64,000 bases of DNA, taken from Phocaeicola sp. (GTDB taxonomy: Bacteria > Bacteroidota > Bacteroidia > Bacteroidales > Bacteroidaceae). The position numbers were made by a program, and so were the translations under genes. The stretch spans positions 52 through 64,051 of the forward strand of contig JAXEBI010000046.1 in NCBI GenBank assembly GCA_034094155.1, written 5' to 3'. The notes under the pieces were generated by a model, which saw only the letters and a list, made by a program, of their open reading frames with translations, did not search any database and was not told where the DNA came from. Shown piece after piece: positions 1 through 9,221 of this stretch (position 1 is the stretch's first letter; each line of letters begins with the position of its first letter).

Positions 1-67
1 GACAGGATTCAAACCTGTAACCGGCTGATCCGTAGTCAGCTACTCTATTCAGTTGAGCTACGCGGCC
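1..67 (-). tRNA. tRNA-Arg(ACG), 3' end cut by window edge
   Basis: Identical to the copy at 102-175; anticodon arm GCTGA-CTACGGA-TCAGC on the minus strand. Confidence 0.93.
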
Positions 68-101
68 AAACACTATACAATAAATGTCAAATCAAGTTGA
101 G

Positions 102-175
102 TGACCGCGACAGGATTCAAACCTGTAACCGGCTGATCCGTAGTCAGCTACTCTATTCAGTTGAGCTACGCGGCC
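102..175 (-). tRNA. tRNA-Arg(ACG)
   Basis: Reverse complement GGCCGCGTAGCTCAACTGAATAGAGTAGCTGACTACGGATCAGCCGGTTACAGGTTTGAATCCTGTCGCGGTCA folds as a cloverleaf with anticodon ACG. Confidence 0.96.
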
Positions 176-197
176 ATCTCTTTTTGTTTAACGGGTG

Positions 198-229
198 CAA
201 AGGTATGGAGTTTTTTTTATATATGCAAA
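198..229 (-). promoter_or_regulatory. Bacteroidetes housekeeping promoter for the tRNA pair
   Basis: TTTG (229-226), 20 nt spacer, TACCTTTG (205-198) on the minus strand. Confidence 0.7.
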
Positions 230-311
230 TTTTCTCCTGTTTTTTTTTCAATTAATTTTATAAATCTGTAAGAATCTGCCTGAAATATACTTTAAAAGAT
301 AACACATACAG

Positions 312-2639
312 TTATTGCATAAACCTTTCTCCAAAAATCTGCCATCCTAATGAAATACCGATATTCCAGTTGTTTTTAGGTGAACTATAATAATTGGCAT
401 AAGCACATACAGAGCCGAACGGAAGTCTTAACACCAAAGACAAATCAGTGATATACTCAATTTTGCTTAAAGTTTTGCCATACTTTGCCTTATTCGTTTC
501 ATCAGGTTCGATAGGGAAGAAAGGCATAAATCCATAAACTCCCAGGCGAGCATGAAACATCGAGCTGAACTCATAAATAGGCATCACACCAAGTCCGATA
601 AACTGATTGGCTCTGAAAGCCTCATTATATGTAATCTTACTATGCACGGTAGGCGAGAATTCTCCGGCCTGCATCATAGTAGCCCTATAATTATTACTGA
701 AATTTCTTGAAGAATAATACGCATGAACATACGAACCCATTCTGAATTTGTTCTTCAATCTGAAATATTTCTCCATTTCATATGAAATCTGCAGCCATGC
801 CTGAGTATAATTATATTCCCCATTATACGGGTCGGTACCTATTCCCTGTTTATATTTCTCAGTGCCCGAATATATATGAGCGGCCAGCCTGTCTTTTTTC
901 CCTTCAGTGGCATAAAGCTTCCCGTTCAGAGTATTTCCTTCGAGAGCCACACTACCTCCGAGGATAGAATAATTACTTCTGTCTTTTACGGCATTCGAGA
1001 AATCGATGATATTTGTCTGGTAATACTGGTCCACCAGTCCGGCCACTCCGATACTGAACTCAGCCTTATGTTTGCTCAAGAACGGCATGTTGAAATATAA
1101 TTTCACAAACTGCTCCTTCTTATTGTTGAAGATAGGGCTGTTTCTCTGGTTGCTCAACCTTTCCTGTTTCAGATAGTCGAATGAAGAAAGTGAAGCCACA
1201 AGTTTATACGAAGTAGGAATAGTAGTAGGCAAGTCTATTCTGCCCGACAACTGAAGGTTATTATAAATCTGCCCCTGTTGACCATCTATTGAAAACTCCT
1301 TAGAGTAGCTCCCAAGATCATGATACGTAGCACCAAGATAAATCTGGTTGGCACCATTGGAGCCTACATTACCTCCCACTTTAAGCCACAGTTTGTCGGC
1401 CATGGTAACCTTAAGATGCAAAGTAAAAGTCTTGTCAATATAATCGTACTCTACCTTAGGTATAATCTCAGAAATCATATTGTCAGAAAGCAGTCTGAAA
1501 TACCCTTTTCTAAGATCCTCCATGGTAAAAATCTCATCATCTGAAGTATGGAATCCTCTTCGGATATACCTTTTCTGCTGGTCATCGGCGCCATGAATAA
1601 TAATTTTCCTGAATTTCATTTCCGGAAGCGACATCTTATAATCAACACGCTTTCTTTCAAGAGTCCTGAAATTGTTTCTTCTTGAAATTCTCTGTTTGAT
1701 AGAATCCATAAGTTGTATGGTTCTGTTATATCCAATATCATGCAGTTCATCAAACCTGTCGAAATCCATCAGACTCACGTCGGTATACTTGAAAGTCATT
1801 AAAATCCCCATTGAGTCGGGTATTGAATAGTCTGTTTTCTGCATAACCATATTTTCAAGCTGGCTCATTATGTCCCCCTCTTTAGGCTTGCTTGGGTTTG
1901 AACTTACCACACTACCTATAATAATATCCGGATGAAAATCTTCAATCATGGTTGTTACCGGGAAATTGTCATAAATACCTCCATCATAAGCCAGAACAGA
2001 ATCAATCTCTATAGGCTTGAACATACCCGGAAAACTCATTGAGGCTCTTACGGCATCACCAAGGTCACCACTACTCATTATCAGAGCCTTTTTGTTGTAC
2101 ACATCAGATGCGATACATCTGAACGGAACAAAAAGCTTGTCGAAGTTTCCGCGGCACTGCGCTGTAGCCTGACCGAAAAGCTCCACAAACACGATATTCA
2201 TCTGGATAGGGTCGACAAAGCTTGTAGGTAAAAACTGTGTCTTTACCTTATTCATCATATTTCCCTTTGACACTTTTATGTTAATGAATTCAGGTGTAGG
2301 AGGATTCATCTTGAAATAATACATGTAATTTTCCTCAATTCCTCCCGAGTACCATCTCTTGAAACTTGGCGACTTGATAAGCTTCTCCATATCATCGGGC
2401 GAATACCCCATGGCATACAGAGAACCCACTATAGCTCCCATAGACGTACCTGTAATATAGTCGATAGGTATATTATTTTCCTCCAAAGCCCTGATAATAC
2501 CTATATGAGTCATACCCTTTGCTCCGCCACCACTGAGCACAAGTCCTACTTTCTGAGCATAAAGTGTATTGAGTCCGATGCCGTTATAGCCAAAGGAAAT
2601 GATTATTGAAGTCAATAGAAAAAAGAAAAATTTTTTCAT
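312..2639 (-). CDS. Patatin-like phospholipase with POTRA-like and C-terminal beta-barrel region (PlpD-like)
   Basis: Signal peptide; GLVLSGGGAKG, GTSMG (GxSxG) and DGG patatin motifs; C-terminus of alternating beta strands ending in ISLGWQIF. Confidence 0.88.
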   Translation of the reverse strand: MKKFFFFLLTSIIISFGYNGIGLNTLYAQKVGLVLSGGGAKGMTHIGIIRALEENNIPIDYITGTSMGAIVGSLYAMGYSPDDMEKLIKSPSFKRWYSGGIEENYMYYFKMNPPTPEFINIKVSKGNMMNKVKTQFLPTSFVDPIQMNIVFVELFGQATAQCRGNFDKLFVPFRCIASDVYNKKALIMSSGDLGDAVRASMSFPGMFKPIEIDSVLAYDGGIYDNFPVTTMIEDFHPDIIIGSVVSSNPSKPKEGDIMSQLENMVMQKTDYSIPDSMGILMTFKYTDVSLMDFDRFDELHDIGYNRTIQLMDSIKQRISRRNNFRTLERKRVDYKMSLPEMKFRKIIIHGADDQQKRYIRRGFHTSDDEIFTMEDLRKGYFRLLSDNMISEIIPKVEYDYIDKTFTLHLKVTMADKLWLKVGGNVGSNGANQIYLGATYHDLGSYSKEFSIDGQQGQIYNNLQLSGRIDLPTTIPTSYKLVASLSSFDYLKQERLSNQRNSPIFNNKKEQFVKLYFNMPFLSKHKAEFSIGVAGLVDQYYQTNIIDFSNAVKDRSNYSILGGSVALEGNTLNGKLYATEGKKDRLAAHIYSGTEKYKQGIGTDPYNGEYNYTQAWLQISYEMEKYFRLKNKFRMGSYVHAYYSSRNFSNNYRATMMQAGEFSPTVHSKITYNEAFRANQFIGLGVMPIYEFSSMFHARLGVYGFMPFFPIEPDETNKAKYGKTLSKIEYITDLSLVLRLPFGSVCAYANYYSSPKNNWNIGISLGWQIFGERFMQ

Positions 2640-2750
2640 GTAGTGTGAGTGTTTTAATAAATGCCTGTATAATATGTTTTTTCAATAACCAAAGTTACAA
2701 AAAATATATTTATAACCAATTAATGCCCAAGTAATATTTAAATAAAATAA

Positions 2751-2782
2751 AAGCCTGCCGGCATAAAAACACCGGCAGGCTT
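2751..2782 (-). terminator. Intrinsic terminator after htpG
   Basis: AAGCCTGCCGG...CCGGCAGGCTT stem followed by a T-rich tract on the minus strand. Confidence 0.75.
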
Positions 2783-2870
2783 AAACCCTTGATTAATATC
2801 TTTAATAATTAGTATCTTAAATTAGTATCTTAAATTTAAAACCCTAATTAATATCCAAATAAAATAGAAT

Positions 2871-4916
2871 TTAAATCATATCAATACTTCTCTTCACGAA
2901 GTTTATAAGAGCTTCACCCTTAAGCATTCCGTTCTGAAGAAGAGCAAGGTCAATAAGCTGGTGAACCACCTTGTTGCCCGCAGCATATTCATTAAGAATA
3001 TCATTCTTCTTGTTCTTCTGCTCTTCGAGTTTCTTTTCCACATCCTTCAGCTCATCTTTTTCGGCAACAGGAATTTCCTCGTCCTTCTTGCCTTCATGAG
3101 CCTTGTTGAGTTCATTCTCTCTCAGTGTAAGCATTGCTATTTCAGATTCTACAGGAATGAGCTTTTCAGCACATGATGATTCAGTATCCTCAAGAACCTG
3201 TTTAACCAACTTATGGTCGCTGTTGAGTACAAGGCTGTACATATCAGGCATTTCACCATAGAAACTCATACCCGGCTGGATATTAGCCATATCCTTCATA
3301 CGACGCATATATTCTGCCTGAGTAATGATGATAGGCGATGCGTTTTCACCCATAGCCTGAGTCTCAACATGGAATTCAGTCTTCAGCAATTTAGGCAACT
3401 GTCCGTTGAATACAGTCGACAACAGACTGCGTTTATCTTCTTTCAGTTCGTCACCTTTCTTGTCTTCCTTCACTATAAGTCGGTCTATAACATCACTGTC
3501 CACACGTGTGAAACGAGTCTTCTCGAGTTTCTGCTCAAGCATATTAATCATTGGCACATCGAGCTGTCCGTCCATCATAAGGACATTGTAGCCCTTGCTT
3601 GTAGCAGCATCAATATAAGCATACTGTTCATCACGGTTGTTGGCGTACAGATATATAAGATTACCGTCCTTATCTGTCTGATTTCCGGAAACAAGAGTCT
3701 TATATTCTTCTTGAGTATAGAACTTGCTGTCTGTATCTTTCAACAATGCGAACTTTTCAGCCTTGCTGTAGAAATCTTCCTGAGTAAGCATACCGTAGTT
3801 GATGAAAATCTTCAGGTCGTCCCATTTAGATTCAAACTCATTACGGTCGTTCTTGAAGATAGACTGAAGTCTGTCGGCTACCTTCTTGGTGATATAAGTA
3901 GAAATCTTCTTCACGTTAGAATCGCTCTGCAAGTAAGAACGCGATACGTTAAGAGGAATATCCGGAGAGTCGATTACACCATGAAGCAGAGTAAGGAAGT
4001 CAGGAACTATACCTTCTACAGAGTCGGTTACATATACCTGATTGCAGTACAACTGAATCTTGTTTTTCTGCAAGTCGATATTACTCTTAATCTTAGGGAA
4101 GTACAATACACCTGTAAGATTGAACGGGAAGTCCACATTCAGATGAATCCAGAACAGAGGTTCGTCCGACATAGGGTAGAGGTCGCGATAGAACTTCTTA
4201 TAGTCTTCATCCTTCAGTTCGCTTGGTTTCTTGGTCCAGATAGGGCAAGTATCATTGATAACATTATCCTCATCTGTATCAACCTGTTTACCGTCTTTCC
4301 ATTCTTTCTTCTTTCCGAAAGCGACAGGAACAGCAAGGAATCTGCAATATTTTCTCAGCAATCCCATCAATCTTCCTTCTTCGAGGAATTCCTTACAGTC
4401 ATCGTCTACATAAAGGATGATATCAGTACCTCTGTCGTCTTTTTCTATATTCTCAATAGTAAACTCAGGACTTCCGTCGCAAGTCCATTTTACAGCCTGG
4501 GCACCTTCCTGATATGATTTTGTAACGATTTCCACTTTCTTTGCCACCATAAATGCAGAGTAGAAACCAAGACCGAAATGTCCTATAATGGCATTTGCGT
4601 CGTCTTTATATTTTTCGAGGAAGTCGTTAGCACCAGAGAAAGCTATCTGATTAATATATTTGTCTATTTCTTCGGCAGTAAGACCAAGACCACGGTCGGA
4701 GATAACTATAGTACCGTTTTCTGATTTTACCTTTATGGTAAGATCGCCCAACTCACCTTTGAATTCACCTTTCGAAGCAAGAGTCTTAAGTTTCTGTGTA
4801 GCATCTACCGCATTTGAGACTAACTCACGAAGAAAAATTTCATGGTCACTGTATAAGAATTTCTTGATGATGGTGAATATGTTTTCTGTTGTAACCCCGA
4901 TATTACCTTTTTGCAT
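2871..4916 (-). CDS. htpG: Molecular chaperone HtpG (Hsp90)
   Basis: LYSDHEIFLRELVSNAVDA, IGHFGLGFYSAF and DSPDIPLNVSRSYLQ Hsp90 motifs. Confidence 0.97.
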   Translation of the reverse strand: MQKGNIGVTTENIFTIIKKFLYSDHEIFLRELVSNAVDATQKLKTLASKGEFKGELGDLTIKVKSENGTIVISDRGLGLTAEEIDKYINQIAFSGANDFLEKYKDDANAIIGHFGLGFYSAFMVAKKVEIVTKSYQEGAQAVKWTCDGSPEFTIENIEKDDRGTDIILYVDDDCKEFLEEGRLMGLLRKYCRFLAVPVAFGKKKEWKDGKQVDTDEDNVINDTCPIWTKKPSELKDEDYKKFYRDLYPMSDEPLFWIHLNVDFPFNLTGVLYFPKIKSNIDLQKNKIQLYCNQVYVTDSVEGIVPDFLTLLHGVIDSPDIPLNVSRSYLQSDSNVKKISTYITKKVADRLQSIFKNDRNEFESKWDDLKIFINYGMLTQEDFYSKAEKFALLKDTDSKFYTQEEYKTLVSGNQTDKDGNLIYLYANNRDEQYAYIDAATSKGYNVLMMDGQLDVPMINMLEQKLEKTRFTRVDSDVIDRLIVKEDKKGDELKEDKRSLLSTVFNGQLPKLLKTEFHVETQAMGENASPIIITQAEYMRRMKDMANIQPGMSFYGEMPDMYSLVLNSDHKLVKQVLEDTESSCAEKLIPVESEIAMLTLRENELNKAHEGKKDEEIPVAEKDELKDVEKKLEEQKNKKNDILNEYAAGNKVVHQLIDLALLQNGMLKGEALINFVKRSIDMI

Positions 4917-5022
4917 AGTTTTATATTTTAATTTTTTTATTGTCTGATTTATTATTCAAAATATTTTTTGATTCAATTCATACAAAATGAATGCCATATA
5001 CTATACAGTGTCATAAAATGCC

Positions 5023-5070
5023 AAAATGGCAGACCAACAGTGCTGTTATAACACTATGGTCTGCCATTTT
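5023..5070 (-). terminator. Hairpin/terminator after the GH2 gene
   Basis: AAAATGGCAGACCA...TGGTCTGCCATTTT inverted repeat. Confidence 0.6.
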
Positions 5071-5076
5071 ATGCTT

Positions 5077-5126
5077 TTTAAAATCTATCTATACTTTAAA
5101 ATCTATCTATGCTTTAAAAATTATCT
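5077..5126. repeat. Short 18-bp tandem repeat (about 2.7 copies)
   Basis: TTTAAAATCTATCTATAC / TTTAAAATCTATCTATGC / TTTAAAAATTATCT. Confidence 0.6.
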
Positions 5127-5145
5127 GATAGAATCCAAGTACAGA

Positions 5146-8100
5146 TTATTCCACATTAAAACCGGTAATATTCACCACAGGATTGTTACCTCTTGTATCC
5201 ACATCCTTCCATCTGATATTTACCGATTTCTTTTCACCCGGCAACAGAGCAAAATAATTGTCAGAATAGAATACCGGCAAGAACTGGTCGCCATCCTTGT
5301 CGCCTGTAACATTCAGCCTTACCATAAGAGCAGGAACATTGCTGGTGTTTTCAAGCTGCACCTTAGCGGTCCAGTTTCCGTTCTCATCTTTCGATGATTC
5401 CACTTCAGAAACAAGTTTCACTTTTCCTAATTTGTTCAGATCCTGGTAATTGTTCTCCTCAAGACTTCTGTGATAGAAATTGTCGGAAATAACCTTACCG
5501 TCTTCCATAAGCCACATCTTAATGAAATGTACTTTTGAAATGTTTTCAGGGAACTCTAATTTAATACACTTGTTTGTGGTATCTTCGTCACTGTCTATAT
5601 TCACTTCCTTTTCCCATGCTACAGTAGCATCCATATTAAGAACCTGCACCTTGGCGGTGAGATTCTTTCTCGAGCCGGCACTATAGTTCACCACCTCAAC
5701 CTCATCCGAAGCCGGATTCCACTGTATGTGAAGCGGTTCGGACGCTTTCTTTATGGCAAAATATGCGGCAGTAGGCTCAAAATAGTAGTCGTAAGTCTGC
5801 CATACCATAGAAGGCCAGCACGAGTGACTCATCCACATAAGCAGTCCCATTCGGTTTTTGCTGCGCGATTCGAACAGACTTCTGTGTCCGTCGTAATTTA
5901 CCCACTGTGCTTTTTCTGTAAATTCCCTGGCATTATTCGCCTCTCCATAACCTTTGGCTATTATCTCATTAAAGGAAGTTGCCCCCTGAGCACCCTCCAA
6001 GGTATAATCGTGCATACCCCATTCGTGCGACTGCGGCCACATGCCTTCAGGCGAATAAGTACGTTTGAATCCTTCGTATGTAAGCACGTTAGGCATACCA
6101 CGTTCGCTGTGGAACTTGTCGTTTCCTGTTTCAAGAGTGAAGTAAGTCTTGGCAGGCAGCATACGGTAAGGACCGTGTCCGCTCACCACATCATCGGCCG
6201 AGCTTGGAATATAATGCAATCCAGGGTGCTCATCCTTGACAATTCTTCTCAGAGCCTTGTCGATAGTCTCAGGAGGGAATCCTTCGTTACGTCCGCAGTA
6301 TATTCCTATAGAAGCATGGCTGCGAATACGTCTTACATAATCTTCGGCATTGGCAATAAACATTTCCGGATAATAAGGGTCTGGTCCGTCGGCAGGGTTT
6401 GCCAGCCAGAAGTCCTGCCATACCATGATACCATACTTGTCGCAGGCTTCATAAAGTTCCTCATCGCCAATCATGCCCACCCAGTTGCGCAGAATGGTGA
6501 AATTCATGTCAGCATGATAAGCCACAGCAATATCATATTCACGTTTGCGGTAATTCATGTTAGATTCGCTGAATCCCCAGTTACCACCTCTTCCTATAAA
6601 GCGGCGGCCGTTGATATACATATTCAGAATATGATTGTCTTCATTGAAAGTCATCTGTCGGAGTCCCACCTTGAAATCCTTAGAGTCGGATATACCTTCG
6701 GCACCGTCGACCTTGAAGTTGAAGTTGGCATCATACAGATACGGTTCTCCGTATCCCTTAGGCCACCACAGGCGCGGGTTTCTGATATTCAGCTGTTCGA
6801 AGCTGTCGGCATCGAATTTCACAGCCTTTTCCTCTCCGGCGGCAAGTTCCACACTCTGGCTGAATGTGATGTCGCCTATCTTACCTTCAAGAACACCCTT
6901 CACATTCTTGTTGTCGTGGTTTTTTACAATAACCTCTGCAGAAACCTTTGCAGATGTAGTATCAGGCAGAGGAAGCACGGTTTCCACAAGAGGGTCGGCC
7001 ACTGTAACCATTCCGGTAGTAGTAAGCTTCACATCATTCCAGATACCAATGTTTCTTCCTCTCATAGTAGGAATCCAGTCCCATCCTATAGTAGCATGGA
7101 ATGTAGGATTATCGGCTCCGAGAATACCACCGTTGAAGTCGGTACTCTGTTTGTTCTTCTCCTTAATGGCACCTATATGATTATTCTTGATTATTTCCAC
7201 GGCCACCACGTTACGTCCGGCCACAATATTCTCTGTCACATCAAATTTGCCGCGAATAAATGCACCTTCCAGTCGTCCCACCTTCTTGCCGTTGAGATAC
7301 ACATTGGCTTTCCAGTTAATTCCGTCGAAATTAAGGAACACACGGTCTTTCTTGAAATCGGCAGGCACATCAAATTCATTGCGATACCAGAAGTTGGAAT
7401 AGAAGAACGATTCCGAAATACACAACTGATTATCAGCATAGTTAGGATTAGGAACAGCACCTATATTCTTGTAGCTTGTAAGCACGGTACCCGGAACAGT
7501 AGCCACAATCCAGTTTTCGGGGTTGAATTCCGGAGTGGAAATCTCTTCACCCTTTGCCGAAACTTCAGAGGCACGCTGCAACCTCCAGTTTCCACCAGAA
7601 AGCATTATTTCGCCATTTACGGCCGAAGGCTGGGCAGCCTGTTGCGGCTTCAGTCCGCCTTTACCCATCACTTCAATTTCACTTAAAATATAATGAGAGT
7701 TGTTGCCACTGCCTTTTTCCATCAGAACCCTTACATAGCGGGCATTACCTTTCACACTGATTTCGTCTGTAAGAGAATCTCCTCCAGGAAGCTCTGCAAG
7801 GTCGGTCCACTGTACCGCATCATCCGATGTCTGTATCTTTCCTCCGGCAGCTTTATTCACCCAGTGCAGTACCACCTTGTCGAACGAAGAGACAGTTCCA
7901 AGGTCAACATATACCCATTCCTCCTTATCGGAAGCACTCATCCATGCAGAGTTGAAGAATTGTGAAGGTTTCATTTCCACAATTTCACTTTGGTACATGA
8001 AATTCATGTCCATGATAGTCCAGTATGCGGCTCCGTCCATTCTGAAGCTTACTCTGTAGTAAGAATAGTCGCCTGTCTTGTCGAGAGAAATAGTCTGGTC

Positions 8101-8775
8101 GATGATACGTACCGGCAAGTCTCCCTTCTCACTCTGCTTGTTAGGGTCGGAGTGCATCATAAACGATGAAGCAGTACCCGGCAGTCCTTTTCCGGCCGAT
8201 TTTCCAAGTACGTCCCATGTTTTGCCGTCGTTAGAGCCTTCACACACTATTTCATATCCGTTCTTAGCTTTATCGGCGTGATAAGCTACAGAACCTCTCA
8301 TGTAAATCTGGTCGGCTTTCTTAGAGTAATTATTCAGCGAGAACAGGAAATATGTGTTTTCTCCCACAGTGACATTACGCGAATAAGGTCCCTGGTCAAT
8401 CATCCATTCACGTTCCCTTTTAGGCTTGTCGCCGTCGGGTGTGCTGAGATTAAGGTACTGAGGCTGGGCATCAGTTATAATGCCGTCTGTTATCAGTTGG
8501 GCCACAAGGTTATAGTCGTAGCTCGACGACTGGTATGCTGTACGGTTCAAAGCGATGTTTCTGTAAGATGCGTCCGGAATAAGTTCAGGAGAAAAATCCT
8601 CCGAAGGATTTCCCGGATACTGTCCTATGCCTCTTGTGTAATAATTGGAGCGCACGAAATCCTCTGTCGATGCTCCGGCTCCTGCACAGCCCCACAGCAT
8701 TGCCGCACTTACGGTTGCCAATCCGCAGAAAGTCAGTACATGAGCTTTACTTCTTTGGGTTTTAAATTTTGCCAT
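5146..8775 (-). CDS. GH2 glycoside hydrolase lipoprotein with N-terminal discoidin/F5-8C (CBM32-like) domains; beta-mannosidase/exo-beta-glucosaminidase-like
   Basis: LWGC lipobox; EWVYVDLG discoidin motif; FDGINWKANVYLNG, GWDW, LWWPKGYGEPYLY, RGGNW and YEACDKYGIMVWQDF; candidate catalytic glutamates in GRNEG and SERG. Confidence 0.88.
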   Translation of the reverse strand: MAKFKTQRSKAHVLTFCGLATVSAAMLWGCAGAGASTEDFVRSNYYTRGIGQYPGNPSEDFSPELIPDASYRNIALNRTAYQSSSYDYNLVAQLITDGIITDAQPQYLNLSTPDGDKPKREREWMIDQGPYSRNVTVGENTYFLFSLNNYSKKADQIYMRGSVAYHADKAKNGYEIVCEGSNDGKTWDVLGKSAGKGLPGTASSFMMHSDPNKQSEKGDLPVRIIDQTISLDKTGDYSYYRVSFRMDGAAYWTIMDMNFMYQSEIVEMKPSQFFNSAWMSASDKEEWVYVDLGTVSSFDKVVLHWVNKAAGGKIQTSDDAVQWTDLAELPGGDSLTDEISVKGNARYVRVLMEKGSGNNSHYILSEIEVMGKGGLKPQQAAQPSAVNGEIMLSGGNWRLQRASEVSAKGEEISTPEFNPENWIVATVPGTVLTSYKNIGAVPNPNYADNQLCISESFFYSNFWYRNEFDVPADFKKDRVFLNFDGINWKANVYLNGKKVGRLEGAFIRGKFDVTENIVAGRNVVAVEIIKNNHIGAIKEKNKQSTDFNGGILGADNPTFHATIGWDWIPTMRGRNIGIWNDVKLTTTGMVTVADPLVETVLPLPDTTSAKVSAEVIVKNHDNKNVKGVLEGKIGDITFSQSVELAAGEEKAVKFDADSFEQLNIRNPRLWWPKGYGEPYLYDANFNFKVDGAEGISDSKDFKVGLRQMTFNEDNHILNMYINGRRFIGRGGNWGFSESNMNYRKREYDIAVAYHADMNFTILRNWVGMIGDEELYEACDKYGIMVWQDFWLANPADGPDPYYPEMFIANAEDYVRRIRSHASIGIYCGRNEGFPPETIDKALRRIVKDEHPGLHYIPSSADDVVSGHGPYRMLPAKTYFTLETGNDKFHSERGMPNVLTYEGFKRTYSPEGMWPQSHEWGMHDYTLEGAQGATSFNEIIAKGYGEANNAREFTEKAQWVNYDGHRSLFESRSKNRMGLLMWMSHSCWPSMVWQTYDYYFEPTAAYFAIKKASEPLHIQWNPASDEVEVVNYSAGSRKNLTAKVQVLNMDATVAWEKEVNIDSDEDTTNKCIKLEFPENISKVHFIKMWLMEDGKVISDNFYHRSLEENNYQDLNKLGKVKLVSEVESSKDENGNWTAKVQLENTSNVPALMVRLNVTGDKDGDQFLPVFYSDNYFALLPGEKKSVNIRWKDVDTRGNNPVVNITGFNVE

Positions 8776-8968
8776 TATTTATAAAATAGTTTATTTTAAT
8801 AAGGTTAAATAAGTTCATTAAAAAAATGCGATGTATTCAGAATCTTATTTTATCTATATCTCATATTATGAGAATAAGAAATACTGCTACTGGTGTTCTA
8901 TATAAATGGTTAGATTTCCTTGTTAACTTCCGGAACAGCCTTTTTCTTAATAATCGCACTCAATAATG

Positions 8969-9000
8969 CAAATATAATGCATTTTTCTGTATATCACAAA
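8969..9000 (-). promoter_or_regulatory. Promoter of the GH2 gene
   Basis: TTTG (9000-8997), 20 nt spacer, TATATTTG (8976-8969). Confidence 0.6.
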
Positions 9001-9009
9001 CAACTACGC

Positions 9010-9092
9010 CCGTACGATATAAGTCGGAAGGCCGTACGACTTAAATGGTACGGGTTTCCCATTTATATCGTACGGCCTTCCGACTTATATCG
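9010..9092. repeat. REP-like long palindrome with perfect 25-bp arms
   Basis: CGATATAAGTCGGAAGGCCGTACGA (9015-9039) is the exact reverse complement of 9068-9092; inner TAAATGG/CCATTTA also pair; CCGTACGA recurs with a 22-bp period. Confidence 0.8.
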
Positions 9093-9221
9093 AAATACCA
9101 CGGCACCTGCCGCAATACTTCATTGGCTTATCATCATATACTTTATAATAAAATATACGCAGTAAAAAATATGTAGTAATATAGTATTATGTTACTATAT
9201 GTCTGATATATGCAAGTAATA

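Noticed and set aside
1-175. tRNA duplication as an att site of an integrated element
   Set aside because: The two copies are identical tandem tRNA genes 34 nt apart with no integrase or cargo between them.
5728-7686. 652-aa + strand ORF (also 3213-4517, 52216-53259, 51173-51949, 56235-57005)
   Set aside because: These are antisense shadows of GH2, htpG, fcl, yjbH and fucP with no protein-family motifs.
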